IMG/VR virus record: IMGVR_UViG_3300030098_006079
DNA: 64,000 bases
Source of the DNA: a virus
Lineage: Duplodnaviria > Caudoviricetes
Reading direction: 5' to 3' (one strand)
Below the pieces are notes generated by a model, which did not search any database, was not told the origin of the DNA, and was given only the letters and a program-made list of their open reading frames with translations. Both the position numbers and the translations under genes were made by a program. Below are positions 1 through 10,143 of this stretch, one piece after another (the first letter of the stretch is position 1; every line of letters begins with the position of its first letter).

Positions 1-1
1 T

Positions 2-709
2 GAAAACAATAAAGATAGATTTAAAAAGTTTTTAGATAAAGTAGAGTACATTAAACTTACTGATGTACCAGATAATTATTCAAATTTACAATATACAGAC
101 AATATAGAGTACAATAAAATCGTCGACTTTGTAAATACTACAATCGCTTTCGATAAAAACAATCAACCACATTACGGTAGAGATTTTTATCAAAAAGAAG
201 CAATAAGATTCGGGTTAACAGAGTGTAACGATAACGATATTATTATATCATCTGATTGTGACGAAATAATTAATCCTGATTCTATCGCTCGTTTCGAAGA
301 TTTTGATTTTGAAAATAGAAACTATTCAGCTGATCAAGACTTTTACATGTATTATTTTAATGTAAAAAACTTAAATGAATCTCCGTGGTATGGTTCACGT
401 GTTGGTATGTATAGAAATTTAAAAAATGCTTCGTTTAACGAGTTACGCGCTAGTAGTTTGAGCCCAATATCTAACGGTGGTTGGCATTTTAGTTATATGG
501 GAGGTGCAAATAAGATAAAAGAAAAGATACAAGCGTATAGTGCTCAAGAGTTTAATAATACTTCTGTGTTAGAACAAATTGATAATAATGTAAACAATAA
601 TACTGATGTTTTATTTCGCGGACATAAGCTAAAAGTAGTACAGTTTGATAGTACATATCCAGATTATGTTGTTAACAACAAAGATAAGTTCGCCAAATAT
701 ATAAAATGA
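2..709 (+). CDS. GT17-family (beta-1,4-GlcNAc transferase-like) glycosyltransferase, 5'-truncated by the window edge
   Basis: The frame is open from position 2. It reads ...RDFYQKEAI...DIIISSDCDEI...YMYYFN...GGWHFSY, matching the GT17 pattern. Confidence 0.75.
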   Translation, partial: ENNKDRFKKFLDKVEYIKLTDVPDNYSNLQYTDNIEYNKIVDFVNTTIAFDKNNQPHYGRDFYQKEAIRFGLTECNDNDIIISSDCDEIINPDSIARFEDFDFENRNYSADQDFYMYYFNVKNLNESPWYGSRVGMYRNLKNASFNELRASSLSPISNGGWHFSYMGGANKIKEKIQAYSAQEFNNTSVLEQIDNNVNNNTDVLFRGHKLKVVQFDSTYPDYVVNNKDKFAKYIK

Positions 710-1581
710 AGTACGTAGTTATCGGTGGTAGTGGTTTTATTGGGTCAAATATAATACAAGAAATCGCTTTATATAAGTCTTATAAATCTATTATTAATAT
801 TGATTGTACTCCAACAACAATGTTTGATGATCGTGTGACTTTTCATCAAGCAGATATATGTAAGGACGACATATCAGCATCCTTAAAAGATGCAGACGCT
901 GTATTTTTATTAGCTGCTAAAATACAAGTACAAGAATCAATTGACAACCCTCTTTTTTATAACACTAATAATGTATCAGGTTTATTAAATGTATTAGAAC
1001 AATGCAGATTAAACGGTGTACGTAGAGTTATTTTTAGTTCATCTGCGAGCGTATACGGTAACACTACTAAATTACCTATAAAAGAAACAACTCCTGTATC
1101 TCCATTAAGCCCATATGCATTACAAAAATATATTGGTGAAAACTATTGTCAATTATATTCAAACATTTATGATTTAGAGACAGTATGTTTACGATATTTT
1201 AATGTGTATGGAAAAAACATGCCTGATACTGGTTCGTATTCGTCTGTAATAAGTGTATTTAACAGATTAAAGATGAGGAACAAACCACTTACCGTTTATG
1301 GTACAGGTGAACAGCGTCGAGATTTTGTGTATGTTCGTGATGTCGCAAGAGCAAATATACTAGCTGGTACGAGTGCTGCTGTAGGTGGTGGTGATATAAT
1401 TAATATAGGTACTCAGATTAGTACATCAGTTATTGAATTAGCTAAAACATATAAACAACCAATAGATTTCTTACCAGAAAGGCTCGAGCCTAAAAATTCC
1501 ATAGCTGACATTACAAGAGCCAAAGCGTTATTAGACTGGAAACCATCTAGCAATATTACAGAGTGGTTGATAAATTTTTAA
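706..1581 (+). CDS. NAD-dependent epimerase/dehydratase (extended SDR, UDP-glucose 4-epimerase-like)
   Basis: GGSGFIG Rossmann motif, SSSASVYG, YALQK (YxxxK), RYFNVYG and RDFVYVRDVA. Confidence 0.9.
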   Translation: MKYVVIGGSGFIGSNIIQEIALYKSYKSIINIDCTPTTMFDDRVTFHQADICKDDISASLKDADAVFLLAAKIQVQESIDNPLFYNTNNVSGLLNVLEQCRLNGVRRVIFSSSASVYGNTTKLPIKETTPVSPLSPYALQKYIGENYCQLYSNIYDLETVCLRYFNVYGKNMPDTGSYSSVISVFNRLKMRNKPLTVYGTGEQRRDFVYVRDVARANILAGTSAAVGGGDIINIGTQISTSVIELAKTYKQPIDFLPERLEPKNSIADITRAKALLDWKPSSNITEWLINF

Positions 1582-1586
1582 AGTAT

Positions 1587-2729
1587 ATGAAAAAAACAGC
1601 ACTAGTGTTAGGAGCCGGTGGTTTTATTGGAAACCATTTAGTATCTCGCCTTAAGTCTGAAGGTTATTGGGTGAGAGGAGTAGATCTTAAGCTACCAACT
1701 TACAATACATCTGAAGCAGATGAATTCTTATTGTACGATTTGACAGAAAAAAACAATGTTGAACGTATTATAAAAACAGGTTTTGATCATCCTTTACAAT
1801 ATCAAGAACAGTTTGATGAGGTTTATCAACTTGCTGCTGATATGGGTGGTGCTGGCTATATTTTTACAGGAGAGAATGATGCTAATATAATGCGAAACTC
1901 TGCGACTATTAATTTACATGTTTTAGATGCAATTAATAAATTAAATCAGTTCGTACAGACCCCTTGGTATAACGATTCTCGTTTACATTCATATACACCT
2001 AAAAATACTAAGGTTTTTTATAGTAGTTCTGCTTGCATGTACCCTGAACATAATCAATTAGATCCTGATAACCCTAATTGTGAAGAAAGTTCCGCATACC
2101 CTGCGAATCCAGATAGTGAATATGGGTGGGAGAAGTTATTTAGTGAGAGATTATTCTTAGCGTATTATAAAAATTATAACATCCCAGTTCGTGTTGCAAG
2201 ATTTCATAATATATATGGTCCGTTAGGTACATGGGACGGTGGTCGAGAAAAAGCGCCTGCTGCTATATGTCGCAAAGTAGCTCAAAACTCGGGTGAACCA
2301 ATCGAGGTTTGGGGTGATGGTTCTCAAACTAGATCTTTTTTGTATATAGATGAGTGTATAGAAGCTATTCGTCGTTTAATGGGGGGAGAATTTCTTGGTC
2401 CTGTTAATATTGGTTCTGATGAAATGGTGACTATTAATCAGTTAGTTGATTACGCTGAAAAAGCTGGTGATAAAAAATTAGAAAGAACATATAAGTTAGA
2501 TGCTCCACAAGGGGTACGTGGTCGTAATAGTGATAATACTCTTATTAAAGAAAAATTAGGGTGGTCACCAAGTTTTTCTCTTGAGGAAGGTATAAAGCGT
2601 ACATACGAATGGATATCTTCTCAGGTAAATCAAACTAAAACAGCCACTAATTCACCTACAAACATAGATATGATAAGACAACTAGAAGATTGTGGTTCTC
2701 AGCTGCCCTACAAACATTATGGATCATGA
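1587..2729 (+). CDS. GDP-mannose 3,5-epimerase-like SDR
   Basis: GAGGFIG, LAADMGGAGYI, SSACMYP, YGWEK, GGREKAPAAICRK and GVRGRNSDN are characteristic of GME. Start moved to the ATG at 1587. Confidence 0.85.
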   Translation: MKKTALVLGAGGFIGNHLVSRLKSEGYWVRGVDLKLPTYNTSEADEFLLYDLTEKNNVERIIKTGFDHPLQYQEQFDEVYQLAADMGGAGYIFTGENDANIMRNSATINLHVLDAINKLNQFVQTPWYNDSRLHSYTPKNTKVFYSSSACMYPEHNQLDPDNPNCEESSAYPANPDSEYGWEKLFSERLFLAYYKNYNIPVRVARFHNIYGPLGTWDGGREKAPAAICRKVAQNSGEPIEVWGDGSQTRSFLYIDECIEAIRRLMGGEFLGPVNIGSDEMVTINQLVDYAEKAGDKKLERTYKLDAPQGVRGRNSDNTLIKEKLGWSPSFSLEEGIKRTYEWISSQVNQTKTATNSPTNIDMIRQLEDCGSQLPYKHYGS

Positions 2730-2899
2730 AAGATAAATGCGTTATATGTAAAACAGATACTCAATATGATGAATTCGATCATATTGATATGAGATATTTT
2801 TATGTAGAAGGATGTGGTCAGTTATGCCCTAAGTGTTATAACGATACATATGAAAGTAGCAGCAACAATACCTATAAAGAGCAATTCAACGAGAGTTAA
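2726..2899 (+). CDS. Small CxxC...CxxC zinc-finger protein
   Basis: MKDKCVIC...GQLCPKC; start overlaps the upstream stop (ATGA). Confidence 0.6.
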   Translation: MKDKCVICKTDTQYDEFDHIDMRYFYVEGCGQLCPKCYNDTYESSSNNTYKEQFNES

Positions 2900-3494
2900 A
2901 AATAAGAATTTTCGACTTTTAGGTGATAAGCCTCTCTATGAATATATTATAGATCATTGCATTCAAGCAGAATGCTTTGATGATATATATGTAGATACTG
3001 ATAGTCCTGAGATTAATAGTTATTGTACTAAAAATCAGATTGTCTGTATAAACCGTAAACCAGAACTTACATTAGATACTGCGAACGGTAACGATGTATT
3101 TCATTACGATGTAGACTTTATAGGTCATTACGATTTTTACTTTCAATTGTATGCTACTGCACCGTTTTTAAAGCCCGAGACTATTAGAGATTGTGTAGAT
3201 AAGCTAACTCATAGTTCAAAGCATGACTCTATACTTACAGCTACAGAAGAATATGGTTGGTTTTGGCATAAAGATCAACCTGTAAATTATCAACCTAATA
3301 TTCTACCTCGATCACAAGACGCTACACCAGTTATTAAAGAGACAACAGGGTTATACGGTATATCTAAACGGGCCTACGATCGGTATAGATGTAGGATAGG
3401 TGCTACTCCATACTTCTATATTATAAGGGACAGAAAAGAGTGTATTGATTTAGATACGTTGGACGATTTCAACTTAGCGCAGAGGTTTATATAG
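2850..3494 (+). CDS. Acylneuraminate/Kdo-type cytidylyltransferase (NeuA/KdsB-like)
   Basis: IPIKSNSTRVKNKN, VDTDS, LYATAPF, PRSQD and IDLDTLDDF motifs. Confidence 0.85.
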   Translation: MKVAATIPIKSNSTRVKNKNFRLLGDKPLYEYIIDHCIQAECFDDIYVDTDSPEINSYCTKNQIVCINRKPELTLDTANGNDVFHYDVDFIGHYDFYFQLYATAPFLKPETIRDCVDKLTHSSKHDSILTATEEYGWFWHKDQPVNYQPNILPRSQDATPVIKETTGLYGISKRAYDRYRCRIGATPYFYIIRDRKECIDLDTLDDFNLAQRFI

Positions 3495-4294
3495 TGAAAA
3501 TAGATATCATTTACACATATTTTAACGGTTCTTCTTTATTAAAAGATTACATTTATCATTGGAGCAATAATTTTAATAATATAAAACATAATATTAATTT
3601 TACTATAGTTGATGATCATAGTAGTGATAGAGCAATTGATACTATTCAACATTTAGATGTAAACTGTAACTTACAGGTTTATTATATTGATGAGGATATT
3701 ATATGGAATGAAGAAGGGGCAAGGAATTTAGGTGTAAAAACTACAAGTAATGACATTTTATTAATATTAGATTGGGATTGTATTGTATATGAAAAATTAA
3801 TAGAAGAGATACTCACATGGGATTTTAATAATAACTTTTATCAATTTAGTACTATAACTGATGGTATAACACTGCCTGGTAAGATCACATTTAATTTTTT
3901 ACAAAGTAAAAAAAATAGAGACAATAGGAATATGATAATGTTTGAAAAAAGCGCTGGCGCTATTGCTTTGAACAGAGACCTATTTACTTTATGTGGTGGT
4001 TATGATGAAGATTTCAGAGGAAATTACGGGTTTTCTGATACACTTTTTGTAAAAAATTTATCTCACCATGGTGCTCGTTTAAACAGAATAAATAACAACT
4101 TACTTTTTACTACAACTGCCGGTGAGAGTAATACTTCTCGCTTTACTGACGATAAAAATATACCTTTATCTGGTAAACTAGCAATGAAATATAGTAAAAA
4201 TTATGAGTTGTTTGAGAAAAAGAAACATAAACAATATAAACCTATCAACCCGATACGCTTTAAATATACAAAACAATATCAGCACCATATTTAA
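3494..4294 (+). CDS. GT-A fold glycosyltransferase (GT2/GT7-like)
   Basis: IVDDHS, GARNLG, LDWD (DxD) and GGYDEDFRGNYG; GTG start. Confidence 0.8.
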   Translation: MKIDIIYTYFNGSSLLKDYIYHWSNNFNNIKHNINFTIVDDHSSDRAIDTIQHLDVNCNLQVYYIDEDIIWNEEGARNLGVKTTSNDILLILDWDCIVYEKLIEEILTWDFNNNFYQFSTITDGITLPGKITFNFLQSKKNRDNRNMIMFEKSAGAIALNRDLFTLCGGYDEDFRGNYGFSDTLFVKNLSHHGARLNRINNNLLFTTTAGESNTSRFTDDKNIPLSGKLAMKYSKNYELFEKKKHKQYKPINPIRFKYTKQYQHHI

Positions 4295-4315
4295 TAAATA
4301 TATTTTATACCATAT

Positions 4316-4984
4316 ATGGATTATAGTTTTAAAAAATTACATAACTCCCAAATTATTATAGATCCGTGGGAGCATATTTTTATAGAAAATTTTTTACCGG
4401 AGGATTTTTATAAAAATTTAGTTAACATGTTGAACAGTTTAAGATCTAAAGATTTTTTCAACGAGTTACAAGAAAAAATACCCTCAAGCGGTCCAGCTAG
4501 TTTTCGTCTTCCAGTATATGATAGTAATATAGATTATATTAAAGATTATTTTGCAATGTTTGATTCAGACAAATTTAAAAAAAGTATAATATCTAAATTT
4601 GATATCTGTAAACGCAAAATTGCAGGAGATTTTTCAAGTATAGGTAGCATACAAGAAGGTTATTATGACGTATCTACATATGGCCATAAATACAGAGTAC
4701 ATAGAGATAGTAAATACAAGCTTGTTACTATAGTTTTTCACTTAGCTGAACCTGGTGATGATGTTACTCTAGGTACTCGTATGTATCCACCAACAAAAGA
4801 TCTTGAATCATTAGATTGGGAAAAAGATTGTGTTAAAATTACTGAGTACAAACCGAATAGTTTGCTTATCTTCCCGTCTAACAAACACACTAATAAATGT
4901 ACTAATCATGCAATGGGACATACATCTAAAATTACTACATTTAGAAAAAATCTTATTACTTTTTACCCTCTATTAGTGAAGTAA
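4316..4984 (+). CDS. 2OG-Fe(II) oxygenase superfamily protein
   Basis: HRD (HxD), YKPNSLLIF, distal H in NHAMG and terminal RKNL, as in phage 2OG oxygenases. Confidence 0.7.
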   Translation: MDYSFKKLHNSQIIIDPWEHIFIENFLPEDFYKNLVNMLNSLRSKDFFNELQEKIPSSGPASFRLPVYDSNIDYIKDYFAMFDSDKFKKSIISKFDICKRKIAGDFSSIGSIQEGYYDVSTYGHKYRVHRDSKYKLVTIVFHLAEPGDDVTLGTRMYPPTKDLESLDWEKDCVKITEYKPNSLLIFPSNKHTNKCTNHAMGHTSKITTFRKNLITFYPLLVK

Positions 4985-5824
4985 GGTTACGTTCTTATAA
5001 AAGTTTTTTTCATTATACACATAGCGCCATGCTGTTGGTATATTTGTCTCTACAACTCTGTTTACATTTAAACTATGTGCTATTGCAAGCGGTGCTGTTT
5101 GATTGCCTATAAACATATTACAAGAGCCTATTATATTAACCATATCTTCTAAACTATTTATTTTTATAGGCTCTACATATTGTTTTAACAAAAAGTCATT
5201 ATATTGTTCTTGTTCATAAAATATAAATCCACATTTTTTACTTTGATTAATATATTTCAAGTAAATATCTTTTCTACTTTTATTGTTTAATCTCTCTAAA
5301 CGTTCTGTGAATTGTTTTTTGTAATAAGATATGTGCTTACCTTTAGTAGCTCTATCTATCCTGTTTATAATCAACCAATCTGTGTACTCTTTTCTCTTTT
5401 TTGTAGTAGTTATGTTAGTTAACTCTCGTGGCGGGTACTGTCCGTTTAAATATTTTTTAAAAAAGAATTCTGACCAGGTGAGTTTTTGAGATCTATATGA
5501 TTTAAATAAATTAAAATCTAGCGACCCTTTTTTTCGCCATGTCGTCATATCTATATCAATCTCTTCATCCGTATATACTTTAAAGTTATTGACATATTTT
5601 TGAGCGAACATTATATTTTTCAAATCCTTATATGTTTTTTGTAGACCATATCTAAATTTCTCACCGTGTTCACACAAATATATGTTTGATTTTATTTTAA
5701 ATGTTTTATACAGGTAGCTTGGAATGCATAAACTGTAAAAAAAATCCCCTAACCTCCCACACAGTAAAATCGATACTGTAGATTTATTTAAAAACTCATT
5801 CATATAATGTTTTATAATCGACAT
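4973..5824 (-). CDS. GT9 (heptosyltransferase)-like protein
   Basis: GRLGD near the N-terminus and FIGNQTAPLAIAHSL resemble GT9 xLGD and FIGNDSGPxHLA. Confidence 0.55.
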   Translation of the reverse strand: MSIIKHYMNEFLNKSTVSILLCGRLGDFFYSLCIPSYLYKTFKIKSNIYLCEHGEKFRYGLQKTYKDLKNIMFAQKYVNNFKVYTDEEIDIDMTTWRKKGSLDFNLFKSYRSQKLTWSEFFFKKYLNGQYPPRELTNITTTKKRKEYTDWLIINRIDRATKGKHISYYKKQFTERLERLNNKSRKDIYLKYINQSKKCGFIFYEQEQYNDFLLKQYVEPIKINSLEDMVNIIGSCNMFIGNQTAPLAIAHSLNVNRVVETNIPTAWRYVYNEKNFYKNVTLLH

Positions 5825-6644
5825 GCATTATATTTCGCTTAGTCTCTTCTGTAGGTCTCCACTTACCCGAGGTAGATAGGTAAGTTTCATCAGTTAAACC
5901 ATATATACAAGGACCAGCATAGTGTATAAAGTTTGCTTTATATCGATCATTATTAAGATCTCTATCTCGAAAGCTCATTCTATTATATTCAAATGATACA
6001 GATTCGGTTTTTACGTCAAATTTTTGTAAAAGAGTGTTAATATAGTTTTGATCTCCAAAATCATACATATATTGTAAATTATGTATACTTGAAAACTTCT
6101 TATAATTTACAATATGGTCGATTGCATGTTTTCCATACAGCTGTACACCAGCATTATAATATTCGTAATTTGATAATAAGTTTTTTCTCCATGTAATATC
6201 GTGATTGTTTTTGATAATCGCATCAATATATTTTTTTCTATTACAGTTATTAGATTCATCATATGCATAAAATTTGTTTGTATCTGAATATGTGTTAAAA
6301 ATATTTTTTGCGTTTGGAGTTACTAAAATATCATTATCTAAATATAACACTTGATCATATCCTCTGTTAAATAAAGTTAAGCATTGATATTTTTCGAAAT
6401 ATGCTTTAGACTGATCGTAGTTTTTTGTACCGTATTTTATTTTATAGTCTATACATGGTAAGTTTACAGAATCTTTATATGTAGTTATACTTGTTGTATA
6501 AAAATTTTCTATCCAATTTACTGGTATTTTCGCTATGTAATGATCTATATTATATTTCTCACAATATAAATTTTGAGTATGTATACATTTATCCCAATGT
6601 GGCTTTTGTTCACCTATATATACATTACATAATGCACGTTTCAT
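5796..6644 (-). CDS. GT8-like glycosyltransferase
   Basis: VLYLDNDIL, YNAGV, GDQNYIN and IHYAG. Confidence 0.8.
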   Translation of the reverse strand: MKRALCNVYIGEQKPHWDKCIHTQNLYCEKYNIDHYIAKIPVNWIENFYTTSITTYKDSVNLPCIDYKIKYGTKNYDQSKAYFEKYQCLTLFNRGYDQVLYLDNDILVTPNAKNIFNTYSDTNKFYAYDESNNCNRKKYIDAIIKNNHDITWRKNLLSNYEYYNAGVQLYGKHAIDHIVNYKKFSSIHNLQYMYDFGDQNYINTLLQKFDVKTESVSFEYNRMSFRDRDLNNDRYKANFIHYAGPCIYGLTDETYLSTSGKWRPTEETKRNIMHVDYKTLYE

Positions 6645-7738
6645 TTTTTAAACGGGAAAGCAAGGGCAAATTGCTGAGCTCTTTCTAATGCTGTTTTATT
6701 GTTTAAGCTCCATCTTTTTATTAAGCTGTATTTTAAAAAATTTAATTCTGATCTTCCTGGAGTAACTAAAATTTTACCGTCAGTAACTACGTTTTCTTTA
6801 ATTTCATTTCTATTAATTAATCTCACATCTCTGCGATCATATATTCTATTAGCCTGTAAATTGTAATTTAATAAAAACTGTCCTTGTATACAATGATCAG
6901 ATTGAGATATAAAAAACTTACGGTAATTTCTATCATTATTTTTCATATCTTTTGATAATGTAATAAGATAGTTTTCAAACCAATTTTTAAACATTATATC
7001 TGCACCCTCTCTATTGCATACTAATGTCCAATCATTAAATGCTAGTCTTATATTATAATCTTCTTTGTATTTTAACCAAATATCTTTATCTTTTAACAAT
7101 TGATATTTGTTATTATAAAATTTACTAACAGCTAGATTTAACCCGTCATTAGACTCTCCGTTAATTTTTTTTGTTAAATCTAAAAATCGAAGCGCTACTG
7201 CATTTATTGTAGGTTTTTCTTTTTCAACATTTAAATAGTACTTTTCTTTATATGTATTATACTCTTCAATTGAACTATAACATTCAGGTATACGATATAT
7301 TACGTCTGTACGGGCCTTTATTATTAAATCGTATTTCATATTATGAGTTTGTTCATAATTCTCTATAGCCTTAAAACACTTTTTCATACTCCAGTGTTGT
7401 CCGAATTTATAATACATACTAGGAATGTTACCACCTATAGGGAGAGCTCGATCTATTAATTCAGTCGCTGTATAACTAATATTATTACATGCGATATCTA
7501 ATTCATCATAATTATCTATTGTAAGATACCTTAGATTACTAAACGTATCGCCTATTTCATCTTCTAATTCATTTTTTTCATATGTGTGTTCTTCTCCGCA
7601 TGGTACATAACCTATATTATCCCAAAAATGCGCAAAATAATCTACATTGTGATTTGGAAAATCAAACTCTTGTTTAATTAACTCCTTTGTTATATTAAAA
7701 AATCGAGGCTGCCCAAACAATAGTATCGCAACATTCAT
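6641..7738 (-). CDS. Uncharacterised 'GQPR' family protein, paralogue 1 (putative glycan enzyme)
   Basis: VAILLFGQPRF, DYFAHFWD, KFGQHWS and YDLIIKARTD are shared with 9142-10143 and 12704-13843. Confidence 0.55.
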   Translation of the reverse strand: MNVAILLFGQPRFFNITKELIKQEFDFPNHNVDYFAHFWDNIGYVPCGEEHTYEKNELEDEIGDTFSNLRYLTIDNYDELDIACNNISYTATELIDRALPIGGNIPSMYYKFGQHWSMKKCFKAIENYEQTHNMKYDLIIKARTDVIYRIPECYSSIEEYNTYKEKYYLNVEKEKPTINAVALRFLDLTKKINGESNDGLNLAVSKFYNNKYQLLKDKDIWLKYKEDYNIRLAFNDWTLVCNREGADIMFKNWFENYLITLSKDMKNNDRNYRKFFISQSDHCIQGQFLLNYNLQANRIYDRRDVRLINRNEIKENVVTDGKILVTPGRSELNFLKYSLIKRWSLNNKTALERAQQFALAFPFKK

Positions 7739-7742
7739 AATA

Positions 7743-8315
7743 TTATATTATACACATTCTGTGTATACTCCATGGCTTTCCTTTCCAATCTCTTTTTTCA
7801 TTTTCAAAATTAAGTTTATCGTAAATATCTAAATCTGCTGGTTTCACGTAATATTGGTTGTAAAACTTCTCGCTCCATTTATAACCTTTACGCTCGAATG
7901 TTATTACCCCGTCGTATTTTTCATAATCCATAATAAATGCAACTTCGAAATCAATAATATAAATAGTGTTATTATTAATACAAATATTTGACGGGTGTAT
8001 GTCTTTATATAAAATGTTATTTTTCTTTAGATTATAAAATATATTTTCTAGTTGTAATTCTATGTTGTTTATTGTACCTTTATCATGTTGTTCCACGATT
8101 GTATTACCACAATATGACATAGAGAATGATAAATTGCTATAATTTATTTTTTTTAATACTGGAAACGGATATATGTTGTAGTATTTTTTTTCAAAATTTT
8201 CTTTTAGTATTTTTAAACAAGTAATTTCGTTGTTAAAAAATACATCTCTCCCAGGAGCAAATTCTTTATATACTAAATTTTGTTCTCTATCAAATGATAT
8301 GTTTGTTTTCTTCAC
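7743..8315 (-). CDS. Protein-kinase-like fold kinase (RIO/LPS-sugar kinase-like)
   Basis: VYK, NEITCLK, catalytic loop YKDIHPSN and IIDFE. Confidence 0.7.
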   Translation of the reverse strand: MKKTNISFDREQNLVYKEFAPGRDVFFNNEITCLKILKENFEKKYYNIYPFPVLKKINYSNLSFSMSYCGNTIVEQHDKGTINNIELQLENIFYNLKKNNILYKDIHPSNICINNNTIYIIDFEVAFIMDYEKYDGVITFERKGYKWSEKFYNQYYVKPADLDIYDKLNFENEKRDWKGKPWSIHRMCII

Positions 8316-8317
8316 AA

Positions 8318-9145
8318 TTATAGATATTCATTATATAAAGTTTTAATTTGTTTTAAAATGGTTAATATATCTTTATTATCTTCCTTTCTACATATTGTAT
8401 CCATCAATCGTTTGATGCGCTCTATATTTAATTTTAGTATATTTTGCTGTTCTTTATGTGTGAACGGGCTTGTGTCACCAATAAACTGCCAGTGATCAGC
8501 TAATGTATTTAAAAAACATAAACTTGATGGGTGCCATATATACAAATTAAAATATGTATTATGATATGTAACTTTATTTTTTTGTGTATAATCTGAAATT
8601 TTGCGGTGATTAGATAACTTATTTAACATATTTAACTCCTCGTCGTTTTTTCTATAACAAAAGTGACTTGATTTGATTTTATGATACTTAAGTTTATTGT
8701 TTTGAGTTGTAGGTGTATGGTCTGAGTATACTACTTTATTTTTTCCTTTCCAATAATGTACGTTAGGCCATATATAAATGTTTAATCCTGGAGTTATATT
8801 AATATCATGTATAGTAGGTAGTATAAAATCATCATCATCTTGCGAAAAAATCACATAATCCTCTGTCTTTGCGCATGTATTAGTTATAAAATCTTGATAC
8901 TCTGTATCATTATATAATATAGTATCAAAATAATCTATTTTTCTTGTGTTTTCCAACGACAACTCTCTTAGCTTACGTCTAAACTCGAGATATGATATAC
9001 CAAACGTATCTTCCCACAAGGTAAATACACTTTTTTTCCAAGATAGTGACAGTTTATTTGCAAAATTAAATACTGACGTATTTTTTTCTTTTTTTAATTC
9101 TAAAAAATAATCTTTTTCTCCCCTTATATGAAAAATTTTTTTCAT
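8318..9145 (-). CDS. Hypothetical protein, possible GT-A fold
   Basis: SQDDDDF acidic motif; lies inside the glycan operon. Confidence 0.35.
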   Translation of the reverse strand: MKKIFHIRGEKDYFLELKKEKNTSVFNFANKLSLSWKKSVFTLWEDTFGISYLEFRRKLRELSLENTRKIDYFDTILYNDTEYQDFITNTCAKTEDYVIFSQDDDDFILPTIHDINITPGLNIYIWPNVHYWKGKNKVVYSDHTPTTQNNKLKYHKIKSSHFCYRKNDEELNMLNKLSNHRKISDYTQKNKVTYHNTYFNLYIWHPSSLCFLNTLADHWQFIGDTSPFTHKEQQNILKLNIERIKRLMDTICRKEDNKDILTILKQIKTLYNEYL

Positions 9146-10143
9146 TTTCTCCGTTCTAAATTTTCCATTTGTTTTAATTTTTGATTTATACTCGGTATAC
9201 CGCTTCTTAATTCACAATCAGTGTATTTTAACAGTAAGTATGGTACGAATGTATGTGACGTGGGTTGAAATAATGTAGCTTTTCGGATTGTTTCTATTGT
9301 AGTGTTATTACACTCAGTAACAGAACTTAAAGCACTACTATAAAAAACGTCGCCTTTGATCTGTACCATATATTCTAATAAATCTTTCTCGTAATTTTTA
9401 AATACTTCTTCTGAAAGTGTGTCAGAATTACCAACAAAATAGCAATATTCGACATGTATAGGTAAGTTAATTGATCTTGTTTTTCTTATTTGTTCTTGTA
9501 AAAAATTATTCCCTTTTATATATAAAGACGGAAAATAGACGTTAGTTCTAGGGCCTGATCTCCCATTATTCGGATGATTTTTTATATCAAAAAGCTTATT
9601 TAAATTTTTATAAAACAGCTCTACGTCTGTTCTTGATCTAAGAACAAAATCATAATGTATATTATTTTGTTTTTCGTATTCAATCCTCATCATTTGCGCT
9701 TTGCACATACTATATAATTGAGAATACCATGGATGATTTGTATATTTTATATGTTTTTCGAGCAGATTCTTATCAATAACTATATCTAATAACCTTATTT
9801 CTTTACCTTCTTTTCGCTCTTTATATATTATACCGTAATCATTTATTAATTTTTGACTATATTCATAAATATCATTTATTTTCGGGTCTAATGTTTGTTT
9901 ATCTTCAAAAATACCGTACGTAGGTTGTATAGTGTTTTGTATAAATTCGGTATTTACTTTTTCTATTACAGGTTCTTCCCGTATTTCTTTTTGCCTTTTA
10001 GTTATATCAGACCACAAATGATAAAATACATCTAAATTCACATTAGGGTCGTTTTTAAGCTGCTGTATCCCCGGGATACATCTCTCATAGTATCGCGGCT
10101 CTCCACTTAGACATAATGCTATGTTTAATACACTATCACTCAT
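9142..10143 (-). CDS. Uncharacterised 'GQPR' family protein, paralogue 2
   Basis: IALCLSGEPRY, DVFYHLWSD, YSQLYS and YDFVLRSRTD. Confidence 0.55.
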   Translation of the reverse strand: MSDSVLNIALCLSGEPRYYERCIPGIQQLKNDPNVNLDVFYHLWSDITKRQKEIREEPVIEKVNTEFIQNTIQPTYGIFEDKQTLDPKINDIYEYSQKLINDYGIIYKERKEGKEIRLLDIVIDKNLLEKHIKYTNHPWYSQLYSMCKAQMMRIEYEKQNNIHYDFVLRSRTDVELFYKNLNKLFDIKNHPNNGRSGPRTNVYFPSLYIKGNNFLQEQIRKTRSINLPIHVEYCYFVGNSDTLSEEVFKNYEKDLLEYMVQIKGDVFYSSALSSVTECNNTTIETIRKATLFQPTSHTFVPYLLLKYTDCELRSGIPSINQKLKQMENLERRK

